A DNA stretch of 64,000 nt, taken from contig NC_068983.1 in the NCBI RefSeq assembly GCF_001194135.2, positions 138,540,926 to 138,604,925 on the forward strand, given 5' to 3'. Positions within the stretch are counted from its first letter, which is position 1. Each line of letters begins with the position of its first letter. This document shows positions 1 to 11,848 of the stretch, piece after piece. The translations under genes were made by a program, and so were the position numbers. The notes under the pieces are model-generated. The model saw only the letters and a program-made list of their open reading frames with translations, was not told the DNA's origin and ran no database searches. The stretch is from Octopus bimaculoides. Taxonomy: Eukaryota.

Positions 1-449
1 TATATATATATATATATGTATGTATATGTATATATAAAAGCAAACCATCGAGAATACCTCTATGTGTATTTAGCAATCGCATTGGTTTTGTGGAAACATA
101 CATCGGATAATGCGTCATACAGTCATCTATTTACAGTCATGCGCAGAAGACTTATTATTTTTTTATCAATAGAAATGTAAAGAAAACTCATTTATTGATC
201 AACAACAAAGTAGTTTAATTTATAAAATCACAAATCATTTCTAACACAGATATAAAGCTTACTAGACATTGAACTGGTAATCATATTAATTGGTAAAAGA
301 AGCACGGTGTTATAATGTTCGCTGTAGAGTTGTTTGTCAACTAAAGTTATTGCTGTAATTTTGTAGTACTTCATTTCATCAGCCCTAAAAGATGGAGAAC
401 AAAGTTATCTTCAGCAGGATTTCAAGTTAGAGCGTAAACATACAGTGAA

Positions 450-673
450 AATATCGCTTTCAACGTTGGCACAAGGCCAGCAGTTTCGTAGGAGGCGTTA
501 AATCGATTACATCGACCTCAGTGCATGATTAGTACTTATTTTATCAACACCGAAATGATGAAAGGTAGAGCTGACCTCGGCGGAGCGAAATTTGAACACA
601 GGGCGCAAAGAAGTACGAAATGCTGCTAAGCATTTGGTCTAGTGTGCAAACGATTCTGCCAACCCGCTGCCTT
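450..673 (-). mobile_element. tRNA-derived SINE, family A (octopus OR/OK-like)
   Basis: The reverse complement begins AAGGCAGCGGGTTGGCAGAATCGTTTGCAC, has a B-box-like GTGTTCAAATT, and carries the shared body TTTCATCATTTCGGTGTTGATAAAATAAGTAC...GAGGTCGATGTAATCGA seen in about 10 other copies in the window. Confidence 0.85.
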
Positions 674-1395
674 ACATCCAGAAGCAATATTGTAAGAAAT
701 TTCCTCTGAGCTTTTAACGATGTTGTGGATCCTTTACTTTTTGACAGGTAATTATACAGGTATTTATTATCTTCGTTTGATAAGCATGAATATTATCTAT
801 GTTCGTGTGAAAGATAAGCGAAATAAAAACTAAATTGGAATTTTTTTAAAACACGCAAAACAAATATTTCAGAATATAAAAGAAAATATACATATACTTA
901 AAGAAAGTTTTACATTTAAAAGGTCGTGTAATATTAAAAATGTGTAGGTTTAAAACTGCAAGTTTAAAAATAGGTATATTTAAAGCGATGTTTATGCTAA
1001 AGTCTTGTGTATATATAAACTTGTACGTATGTTTAAAGCAGTTTGAAGCAGTTTCAAGTGTAATGGATTAATCTCCGAAATAAATTCAATGTTTTTTTTT
1101 TGTATGATAAAGCAGTTTTCGATTTCTTCTCTCCATAACATTTCAAATCATAATAGATGTTATTATAATATGTTTAAACAACAGGAGCTTAACTATATTA
1201 AATTAACCAAAATGCATTCAAGGAGGGATTTCTGTTATGGAATGCTTTATAAATATATATTGTTTAGCTACAGGTAGGTTGTATAAGCATTAGTCGTCAC
1301 TCAAAATATCGCTGGACAAATATAAGGAAAGAATTTTAGCGATCAGAAAAAAAAAGATGTAGCGATCTCATTAGTGTTATTTCCACATGGGAAGG

Positions 1396-1546
1396 AAGGC
1401 GGAGAGCAGGCAGAATCGTTAGCACACCGGACAAAAGGGCTTTGCGGCATTTTGTCCGTCTTAATGTTCTGTGTTCAAATTCTGCCTTTCATCCCTTTCG
1501 AGGTTGATAAAATAAGTACTAGTTGACCACTCAGGTCGATGTGTGT
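1396..1546 (+). mobile_element. tRNA-derived SINE, family A, truncated at gap
   Basis: AAGGCGGAGAGCAGGCAGAATCGTTAGCACACCGG...GTGTTCAAATTC...GATAAAATAAGTACTAG...GGTCGATG; aligns by eye with 35812-36027. Confidence 0.85.
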
Positions 1547-1556
1547 NNNNNNNNNN

Positions 1557-1603
<47 letters not shown>

Positions 1604-1615
1604 CCATGGCTTATA

Positions 1616-1979
1616 GGCGCAGGCATGGCTATGTGGTAAGGAGCTTGATTACCAACCACATGGTACTGGGTTCTGGGTTCAGTCCTACTGCGTGACACCT
1701 TAGGCAAGTGTGTTCTACTATAGCCTCGGGCCGACCAAAGCCTTGTGAGTGGATTTGGTAGACGGAGTATGAAAGAAGCCCGTCGTATGTGTGTGTGTTT
1801 GTGTTTGTCTCCCCCACTATCCCTTGACGACTGATGCTGGTGTATTTACGTTCCGTGTAACCTAGCGGTTTGGCAAAAGGGACCGTTATGACAAGTACTA
1901 GGCTTATAAAGAATAAGAATTTGTTCGACTAAATGCGGTGCTCCAGCATGATCGCAGTGAAATGACTGATAAGAGAATA
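1616..1979 (+). mobile_element. tRNA-derived SINE, family B, near full length
   Basis: Head GGCGCAGGCATGGCTATGTGGTAAGGAGC (A-box-like TGGCTATGTGG), body CCTCGGGCCGACCAAAGCCTTGTGAGTGGATTTGGTAGACGG, internal (TG)n, tail GCGGTGCTCCAGCATGATCGCAGTGAAATGACTGA; homologous to 54305-54700 and 57659-58070. Confidence 0.9.
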
Positions 1980-2399
1980 TATATACATACATATTCATCA
2001 CTAACAATAATATCACCAAACCATAAAATTTAATTTCCATTAAGCGCAGTCCGCTATCGGTCGGATCAATTACTTTTTAACACTTGCGAGTGTTAAATAC
2101 AAACGAATCAACGTATACTAGGTGTGATCGAACACACTTGACAAAGGTAAAATATTGTGAAGTTAATGAACGAAAATACTCCTATACTAGAGTGAGACTA
2201 AAATTACATATTTCTTTCGAGAGTCTGTCTCACATTTCAAATTATCCACATCGTTCTCTTATTCTCAGGGAATTAATTATTTATTCTCTTTGTCAGCATT
2301 TTCAGTTGTACAAAATTAGGCTGAGCAGTTCGTTCTTCCTTTTTATACGTTATGTATATATATTTAAGGCAGAAGATGTTTGTGTGTGTGCGTGTTATG

Positions 2400-2900
2400 A
2401 TTTTCTACATTTTTCAACCGCTTTCGCTCAAACTTGACACACTGAGAGCCTACGCTCCTAGAGTGGTCATGACTTATTTTATATTTTACAGACACACCGC
2501 GTATAACCAAAAACCGCGAACAACTGTTCAGAAAACCAGTTTTTTGCCCATAGCTCCCTGGCTTTTCAAGCGATTTCCTAAAAAATTGACACGAACATTA
2601 CTCATGAGAGAAGAATTGTTTTGCTGAAAATTTTTATCAAGGTCCACCGCGTTAATTGTGAAAACTCCGCGAATAACTGCGTAGAAGTTTTTTTTTTGCC
2701 AATAACTTCCGCGGTTTCCAGCCGATTCGCTCCAAATTTGGCACAAACATTACTCATGCTTTAAGGATTGTTTCAAACTTATGTTTTGGTCAAATCAATC
2801 CACGTTGAATGGGAAAGGTCTGCGAATAACTGCGTAAAGTTTGGTTTTTTGCCAATAACTTCCGCAGTTCAAAAACCGATTCGATCCAAATTTGGAAACA
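2400..2900 (+). repeat. Diverged ~153-bp tandem array (3.5-4 units) inside the Helitron
   Basis: The motif C(C/T)GCGAA(C/T)AACTG recurs at 2514, 2667 and 2820 (period 153). The motif CCGATT.GCTCCAAATTTGGCAC and its variants recur near 2415, 2570, 2720 and 2875. Confidence 0.85.
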
Positions 2901-3883
2901 AATGTTTTGTTAAGTTTATTCACATTAAATTTGCAATTTACTGGATTAAACTTTGTTTTTTGCTTACAACTTCTGCGTCAATGATTGTGGATTAGTTTTA
3001 CCTCGCTGATTTGATTTGTGTACATCAGTGTTTCATTAACTCCCCTCACCATTATCGCCTTTGATCATGATGCCGCCCCGCCCACTTCAGTACATATTTT
3101 CTTTAATTTCCGCTCCCGCTCATGGTGTCATAACATGGGGCGAACTGCAAACATGACCTTTGACATATGGGCGCAGACACTATTAATGCGCACCGTATTT
3201 TTTTATGTGTACATTAGTATTTACTTAATCCCTCCCCCTGTTATCGCCTACGGCCATGAAGCCCCACCACTTAGGCCTCTTATTTGGTGTGAATGATTTC
3301 TTGCACCACGTCCTCAGTGTTTACTCACGTTCCCTACCTCCATTATCGCTGATGATCAAAATGCTCCCTTTTCACCACCGTTTTCTTTAATGGTATGTCA
3401 ATGGTTTGCCAATGAACTGTGAAGATGACCTTTGACCTCTGTGCGTGAACACTATTGTTTGTCCGCTGAGTTTCATTTGTGGAACACTGATCACCTGATC
3501 ATGCCAGTGTCAAATGGTAATTACTGATGCGCTTTTGTGCATATCTGATACGTGCTTCGGCTTACAGATTAAGCCTAGCAATTGACGTACATTATTGCTT
3601 TAACTTCATACTTTCTGTTGAAATATTTCATTGTCCCCATACTCAATTAAGTTAATTCTTCCATACTGTTGCCACCTACCAGTTTTTAGCTTATGTGTCG
3701 TTAAAAAATATTGTACTCAGTGTCGTTGTGTCTACATAGCTAACTGTCTGTCCCTGCTTCCACCTTTTTTGAAAAATGCGTTTAGTTTTTAACTTTTTAT
3801 ACATCATGCCGAATTTGTTTTGTAATATTCCCTTTGCCCGTTTTTTAAAACTCGCAATTTAAACATAGTCCAATACTACCGCT

Positions 3884-4040
3884 ATGCCACCTAAGAAAAG
3901 AACACGCCAAAAGAAGGGGGCCGAGCCATATTTCTCCCATGGCCAGTTATATATCGGATGCTCCAGAGCTGAAAGCAAATAAAATCTATTCGTACTTGCC
4001 ACTAATGACAAAACAAAAAAATGTGGTCTACAGAGAGGTG
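3884..4040 (+). pseudogene. Helitron RepHel remnant: putative N-terminus fused to Pif1-like helicase C-terminus
   Basis: Translation from 3884 gives MPPKKRTRQKKGA-EPYFSHGQLYIGCSRAESK*NLFVLATNDKTK, then a frameshift to NVVYREV. This matches the Pif1/Helitron helicase motif FSHGQLYVAxSRV and the terminal KTKNxVYxEV. Confidence 0.8.
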
Positions 4041-5367
4041 AAGGGACTTCATGCGCCAACTGCTTTCAAATTCGTGAACCTCGTTGTCTCCACTACATCA
4101 ATGTAACTTTGCAGGCCTGATATGTAGTGAGGGCTACTGTAGTCATGCTTTCAAAGTTACTAACTTTCCTCAATCATGTTTCTTTTCCTTTGTTCAACCT
4201 AAGTTTGTTTTCTGTTTTCGCAGAGTTTCACATTTCACAGCAATAGTTCCGTTACTTTCAGGGCCACTTTACATACAATTGCTACACCACCTGAGAACGC
4301 AGTACAGCACTTTTTAGGGCTTCTTATGAAATTGTTACCGCTGTGAGAACAACAAAAAGCCCTTTTCAGGGCTACTTCACCCATGATTATTACACCAACC
4401 TTTGTATTTATTTAAAGAAGACCCTTGAAAGCCATTTCAGCATTAAAATATCGGATTTAAATGTGCGAAATCATATATACTTTCAACTTCCCCACATGCC
4501 ACTTACTCCTCCAATGTGACATTGAAATTAAGTTTAAGCAGACGTATAAATATAAAGCTAAAAGAAACATCTAAATTGGTACCCGGCGACCAATTTTGTT
4601 ACAAATTGCGACGATATTGTTATACTTTTGTTACAATAAGCGACCAATTTTGTTACAATTTGGCGTTAACGTTTTTTATGACATAAGAAATTTTACAAAG
4701 TATCAAAAACATTGTAGTATTTGAATCCCGAGCAACGCCGGGTACTTCTGGTTGTAGTTTATAGATCTACGAATACATCTAGGTTAGAAGATGGGTATTC
4801 TTTTTCTGATGAAAATCTAATACAACTAGAAACTTCTGCGATCGATTGAATATATCTATACTATATATCTACATGGTGTTGTGGTTACACAACATCTTTA
4901 ACTTAACCACTGAATGCAGGCATTTTACGTGATAGCTAAGTTGACTCTATAGAAAACGCTAGTTTTTCAGGACATTTTATTACTTTTTTAGAAATAATAC
5001 ATTTCTAAATCTCTCAGAGATTTATGCAGCAGTGATACGATGAAGTAGTTGTATGCTGTCAACTGAATGTAACAGTCTCCTGAAAGGAATGATACTACTG
5101 TGTCCTTATGTAAACATAAGGACACAGGAAATGTGTTAAGGCCGACAGGAATCGGTGCAGCTTCCTAGGTCTAACCAGCAGTAGTATTATTCCCTTCAGA
5201 GGACTGTCACATTAAGATTTTAGTACTGTTCACAATTCTCGTCTCCAAATACATTGTCGTATAAAAAATGACGGTTTATAGACGACACTTATTAATAAAA
5301 TAATTTCGACTGAAAACATTGATTATTGGAAGCCATCTCTAATTCCTTCAACGGCATAAAAAGTGGT

Positions 5368-5546
5368 ACCTTTGTATTTATCTAAAGCAGACCCTCGAAA
5401 GCCATTTCAGCATAAAAATATCGGATTTAGATGTGCGAGCTCATATATACTTACAATTTCCACGCATGCCACTTACTCCTGCAATGTGACATTGAAGTTA
5501 AATTTAAACAAACGTCCGAATATAAAGCTAAAACAAACATCTAAAT
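5368..5546 (+). repeat. 179-bp diverged direct copy of 4398-4576
   Basis: ACCTTTGTATTTA...GAAAGCCATTTCAGCA...ATATCGGATTTA...CATGCCACTTACTCCT...ATAAAGCTAAAA.AAACATCTAAAT is present at both positions. Confidence 0.9.
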
Positions 5547-7438
5547 ATAAAACTAAAGTCAGTTTTGCAAATTTATACTCAAGGAAGATCTGCTACCAAA
5601 TTCTTAATGATCTCCTTCGCGCCACGAATATTCAAAAGATTTTTTAAAAATTGAAGTTTCCTGTTCATCAATGTCACGGCCCAGTGACTGAAACTAGTTC
5701 AACGATAAAATATAATAAAAGATATACTTATACATGCATGCGCACACACGCATAAACACATATATATATATAAATATGTGTGTCTATGTGTATGATTGTA
5801 TGTGCGCGTATGTGTACGTATGTATGTACATATATATGTGTATAGAGATGGGGGAGGCAGAGAGGAAGTGAGAGAGCCAGAAGGAAAGAATTTCATTGCT
5901 TAGAAGTTTCACAAACAGAAGAGCATGCTTTTGAATTTTCGGATACTTAATTCGGATTTGTGAGGTGTTTACAGTTTCTGAATCAGGATATTTGTATTGT
6001 GGCTGGTCTGGATTACTTTGTAAAACTGTTTGCATCATGAGTCGTGCTTGCTGCTGAAAAGGAAACAACTATTGCACTACTTGTAAAAGTAATCTCGAGT
6101 TTTCTGAAAATTCTGATGAAATAAAGATTTCAGTGAAATTCTTATTTTAATTAATTTATGACATATCATCAACGCGTAGTCATCGGCTTACTTTCAATCA
6201 GCAGAGTCTGCACAGCTAAATGTCTTTGCTTTGACATATTACAACAGGCCGAAGTGTCCCTTGACGAAAGATATAAACACTTCTAATGCTACCACTTACA
6301 AAGCATTCCGTTGAGCTAAGAGGACTCTCCCTTAAGTAATTTTATGCCATTTATGAACACCATTCCATAAGCACATTCTTAATTTCATTGGAGGCTTTAA
6401 CTCGGGAATTCTAGCCAACGCCAAGGTAATAACTTCTATACATTGTGCTAGATTTAGCTATATTGGGTACCGAACAAGATAAGTAACTAATTAAACTACC
6501 TGAGCTGAACAACCAACTGAGAACGAGCCTCATTTATACCAGTGAAAATTAGATTTATTTTCAATTTGCAAACACCTTACTGCTCAAAATTAAAACAGCA
6601 CGTGATCAGATACATTACATATTTTATACACCCCGGTTAATCAAGTCGGACTCATCCTATTTATGCACATTCTTAAACCCCTGTATGATAAGTTGAGCTC
6701 ACGTCACATTTTTTGCATTTATGAATCTATCAATCCGGTTATATATATATATATATATATATATGCAGTGCGTGTTTGTGTGTTAAGGCAGACATTTAAT
6801 AGAACGTCCGACAGAATGTCTTGTAGTTTTAATTTTGGATTCCTGTACTGTGAATTAAATTCCATCTAGCACAACTCTCCCTCCCCCTCTCTCTCTCTTT
6901 GCTCGCTTTCTCTTATGCTAACATCTGGAGGTTGATGGACTCCACCAGGTTCAAATGCCTACATTACAGCGTGTATCGCCACTGCGACCCTACAACTCAT
7001 GAGATATCTTTTCACTTGCAAGTGTTTTTCTATCCACTACAGTATTCTCTTGTTCTACTACATTCTGTTCTTATATCTTAAACGTTTTGTAATTCTTCAA
7101 ACGGAAGATTTGTTTTGTTTTTGTTGTTTTGAGGGGGTTCCTCTATTTTTCATCTACTTTTTCAAACCCCTCTTTTTATCTGCCTTTTACTTTTTTCTTC
7201 ATTTATGCTTCTTATTTGATTTATCTTTATCCACATTATAATTCTTCCCAACGTTCTTTCTTCACCTTCCACGATTTCTTTTATCTTTATCGTTAACCAT
7301 AAACCTACTCCAGTAACCATCACCACTGCAACCATCTCCACAATGTCACTTATCATCATTACTCCCACCTCGTCAACATCGCTAGGTTGATCTTTTCAAA
7401 TATGTTTTGATGTTGTTGTTGTAATTGTTCGTCTACTT

Positions 7439-7540
7439 TTCTTCTTCTTCTTCTTCTTCTTCTTCTTCTTCTTCTTCTTCTTCTTCTTCTTCTTCTTTCT
7501 TTCTTTCTTACTTTCTTTCTTTCTTTCTTTCTTTCTTTTT
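7439..7540. repeat. (TTC)n/(TTTC)n microsatellite
   Basis: Directly visible. Confidence 0.98.
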
Positions 7541-7700
7541 TTTATATGTTTTGTTTCTAGTCCAATCTCTAACACTGCTAACTTTTCTTGCCATATAACT
7601 ATGCCTGCGCGTAAGCACTTTTTCGTGCTTGCGTGTATTTGTGTATGTTCAACGAGTACGTGTGTTTGTGTGTGTGTATGTGTGTGTGTGTGTGTGTGAG

Positions 7701-7761
<61 letters not shown>

Positions 7762-8142
7762 GTGTGTGTGTGTGTGTGTATGTGTGTGTGTGTACAATGT
7801 GAGATATTTGAGAGTTCTTTCCACCATTATTTATCGATTTCTTATATCACTATTTTTATCCTATGAATTTAAGCATTACGCATAAAATAATGACTTCAAA
7901 AATTCAAAGCAAATATATTTTACTTACTTTCTGGCTTTCCACACTTTCCTTTTTAATTGTTATTTTACTATCCACTATTCTTTGTCTTTCAGTTGAACAT
8001 ATTAAATAATTTCGCACCTGATATTTTATTTCTTCTTATGTGATCGAGAAAAATCACAACTAAATACAACTCTAACACCGACTATTACATCGATTACTTC
8101 GACTGCTATTGCCAACTAACGCAGAATGCTATTAAAAAAAAA

Positions 8143-8200
8143 TCTTCTTCTTCTTCTTCTTCTTCTTCTTCTTCTTCTTCTTCTTCTTCTTCTTCTTCTT

Positions 8201-8281
<81 letters not shown>

Positions 8282-8282
8282 T
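8143..8282. repeat. Compound (TTC)n(TTA)n microsatellite
   Basis: Directly visible; abuts the SINE C head. Confidence 0.98.
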
Positions 8283-8283
8283 A

Positions 8284-8550
8284 GGGGGCATGGCCTAATG
8301 GTTAGGGTGTTGCACTCACGATCACGAGATCGTGGTTTCAATTCTTAGACTAGACCATGTGGTGCGTTATGTTCCTGAGCAAAACGCTTTGTTTTACGTT
8401 GCTCTGCGATCACTTCGATACCTGACACCATGTTCAGGCAACGTTGATTTGATTGGGGCTAATATGCAAAACAAATCGTTTGTCCAGGTCTTTCGGTAAA
8501 AGTTGAATGCTAAATGTCACCTTCGACGGGAAAGTCCATCATTATTATTA
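8284..8550 (+). mobile_element. tRNA-derived SINE, family C (tRNA-Val-like head), decayed
   Basis: Head GGGGGCATGGCCTAATGGTTAGGGTGTTGCACTCACGATCACGAGATCGTGGTTTCAATTC has A-box TGGCCTAATGG, a B-box-like GGTTTCAATTC and anticodon-like CAC. It continues into GTTCCTGAGCAAAACGC and ends in (ATT)n. Confidence 0.65.
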
Positions 8551-8649
8551 TACGCGAGCTTAAGTATAATTCCAACCCCCTGCGTGTTTATAAATGGATG
8601 TAAAATGCCATCGAGAGCCTCGAATTTAAGCCCTATTATCACCAACAGT

Positions 8650-9480
8650 GTATACCCCCCTCACAACTATTGCTAGCAACGAATGAGACAACAAAGCTGA
8701 GAGTCCTTAAAAGTGCAACATAGTGATGCAGAGATAACTCACATCCTGAAACTTTCCCCATCCTTCATTGTCACAGTAGAACACATAGCTTTGTACAAAA
8801 AATGTCCAAAACATAACCGAAACCCCATTATAAAGGACCCTAAGTTTCAGTAGCTAAAGAGTTGTGCGTGATGATATTCGGTACAAGTCATATATGGCAC
8901 TGAGAGTTCAGTTTATGTCGATTGTGACAAGTGAACATAGTTCGATCCGTGCAAAACGCTTGCTAAACAAGTTATAACACACGAGGCTGCAATGTTTTGG
9001 TTTTTCTCCGATGACAAAAACTTCGATGAGGAACGAAAGTTAAACCGAAGGAGCAAAAGATGGTTAAGCAGAGATCCGAATGAAATTCCAACGGTCATAC
9101 ATGGAAACTTTGCAACAACTGTAATGTTTCTGGCAGCCGTCAGTAACGAAGAAGATATCATACTTCCTCACGTTTGTCACAGGGCTCAAAATTCAATACC
9201 GCTGTCTACAGAAGCGCATTGGAGAAAGTTGTAGGGGCCCTGAGTAGACAGAGTCCGCAAGGGAAGAATGTATGTCTTCTGAAAAATGTGTGCCCTGTCT
9301 CATATGTTAGGACAAAACAAGTGTAGATGGGTGCCTATCTCTGTAATCGTGTTCTCCTAGACACATAACCGCCTAGCTCACCAGACGTGAATCCACTAGA
9401 CTATTACGCATGTGACATTGTCGAGAGAAAGGAGAGAAGAGAGAGATGGAGAGAGAGAAAGAGACCAACACCCCATAACC
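8650..9480 (+). mobile_element. Tc1/mariner superfamily, maT (DD37D-type) transposase remnant
   Basis: Pieces translate to QHSDAEITHILK, DDIRYKSY, KRLLNKL, WFFSDDKNFDEERKLNRRSKRWL...PTVIHGNFATTVMFLAAVSNE and PPSSPDVNPLDYY...VER...ETN. FSDEK and (W)PPSSPDLNPLDY are diagnostic motifs. Many stops and frameshifts. Confidence 0.85.
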
Positions 9481-11848
9481 CCGTCAATCTGTTCCTTCTA
9501 TCATGTAAGACATCATGGTAGGTTCACCTCTTTTTGTGTATGAATGTACACTAATTTGATATGAAAAATATATTGTCTATTCACTATTTTATGCATTCTA
9601 GCCACTGGTAGAAAAATTTCTCTAATTTTTCTACCCTATATATTTTCTTAATATGATTTTAGTAATTTCGAAGTAAGTCGACATTTTTATTTACTGGTGA
9701 TAACTGCATTTACGTGGTGGATTTGAAAAATTATAATGTATAAGGATGAGACATGTTATCTATCGCATAATTAAATGATAATTTTTAGCGCCCTTACTGA
9801 TGAGAACACGCAAAACAAATTACTTTATTTGTTCATTAATGTTCGAAACCTAGGTACAAGTGGTAACTATTGAAAATGTTTTTATTTTTCATCCCCTTCG
9901 AAATTGCTCTTAACCGTGGTTTGGGCTTTTACTGTTCCTTCTAGCATGTAAGGTATCCTTTTAGGCTCACCTCTTTTGTGTATGAATGCACACTAATTTT
10001 TTATATATATATATATATATNNNNNNNNNNNNNNNNNNNNNNNNNNNNNNNNNNNNNNNNNNNNNNNNNNNNNNNNNNNNNNNNNNNNNNNNNNNNNNNN
10101 NNNNNNNNNNNNNNNNNNNNNNNNNNNNNNNNNNNNNNNNNNNNNNNNNNNNNNNNNNNNNNNNNNNNNNNNNNNNNNNNNNNNNNNNNNNNNNNNNNNN
10201 NNNNNNNNNNNNNNNNNNNNNNNNNNNNNNNNNNNNNNNNNNNNNNNNNNNNNNNNNNNNNNNNNNNNNNNNNNNNNNNNNNNNNNNNNNNNNNNNNNNN
10301 NNNNNNNNNNNNNNNNNNNNNNNNNNNNNNNNNNNNNNNNNNNNNNNNNNNNNNNNNNNNNNNNNNNNNNNNNNNNNNGTTCCAACACTGTCTGTTTTTT
10401 ATGTTTTATTTATATTCCTGCAGAACTAATGTGGGGTATAGAATATGGAATATACAATATATAATATGATATACAATATACAATATAAAATAAAATCAAA
10501 TAAAAATGGATGGCACCATGAAAGAAAGTATTGAATGTAGATGAAATATTGAGTGTTCAATATAAAGGATCAAATATATAAATATATAAATATAGATATA
10601 TATATATATAAAGGCGACTCGAGTTTCAGGGCTATTTCCCTTCGTCATGGCCGGTATGACAGACTTTAACATATATATATATATATATATATGGATGTGT
10701 GTAGTTTTCCCTTGTTTACAATTAACACAGAAAAAAAACAGTTACCAGGGCAGGAAAAAATTACACAAGTAATAAGGACGTAATATCCTGTTTGTAAAGG
10801 TAGAAACTCCGGGTTGATGTGAAATGTCTCGTATAATATATGTAAATAAATAAATGGCATTAAACGCAGGTGTTATTCAAATTCTTTTACTTCCGACATA
10901 TGTTCCGAAGACAAAATTTGGTATTATTCCAAAAGAATAAAATATTGTAAAACAATGTGATCTTCTCGTCAGGGAAAAAAAGAAAGAAACCAAACTCACC
11001 AATAAGATATTTTAACAGAATGTGATGGATGTGTATAATGATGAACGGAACGCTATTAAGTTATTTTTTAAACATCGTTAGAAGATATAACGTCAAAGGT
11101 AGCCTATAGAAAGAGAAGGGGTAAAGGAAAGAAATATACAGAAAATTAATAAAGGAGAAATATAGACCGATATGTGAATTAAAATGAAAGCTTAAAGGCT
11201 TGGAAATAGATATATCTAGTCGAAGTTAATGCTAGAAGAAAATCAATGTTCAAATTATATAGAATTGTAAATATCACGTATATGGACTGAAGATATGTTT
11301 CTGCCAATGTTTACATCGATAAGCACGCTCTATAAACGTGTTTACAAGGGGATTCTTAGAAAATAGAATATAAAATAGTTCACTATTACAGAATTGGCAG
11401 AATTCTTTACCTTTATCATATGGGAATGAAATGGAGAGAATCAATCTAAATTAAATTGTTGATTATGGTCTTTTCAGATACCAAATTAATTTACTAAGCT
11501 CTGTACTGTTGCGTTTATTACTATCCCTAAATGTAGAGTAATGATTATAAATTCTTTTAGATAACTGAGAAGAACTACCTATATAAAAAAGACTTCGGTA
11601 CCGGAAGTAATTTTACACTGGTATATAGAGTTTTTAGTCTTAGACTTACCAGACATAAACTTAATTCTGTTGGAATTGACTTCAGAGACAATAAACTTGT
11701 TGTTGATATTTCTAGAGGAGCAGTTAGTATTAGCTAAATTAATGTCATTATTTTCAGTAATTGCATTCTTATTTAACAAACTAATATTACGTGAAGAGAT
11801 AATTTTTGAAAGTTTTTTTTGTGTTAGAAAAACTAATCCTAACCGTGT

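Larger units (their letters stand above)
2353..4751 (+). mobile_element. Non-autonomous Helitron (internally deleted)
   Basis: The 3' end has the GC hairpin CCCGAGCAACGCCGGG (4727-4742), then CTGG (CTRR, 4748-4751), then T. The internal fragment translates to the Helitron helicase C-terminus (EPYFSHGQLYIGCSRA). The putative 5' end is A|TGTATATATATTTAAGGCAGAAG followed by (TG)n and TCAACCGCTTTCGCTCAAACTTGACAC; the expected TC appears mutated to TG, so the 5' boundary is inferred. Confidence 0.75.

Noticed and set aside
1616-1700. tRNA-like heads of SINEs as tRNA genes
   Set aside because: They have A/B-box-like motifs but no complete cloverleaf and continue into SINE bodies; no genuine tRNA gene was seen.
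2400-2900. Regularly spaced repeats as a CRISPR array
   Set aside because: The whole 153-bp unit is repeated with no unique spacers, the context is eukaryotic, and there are no cas genes.
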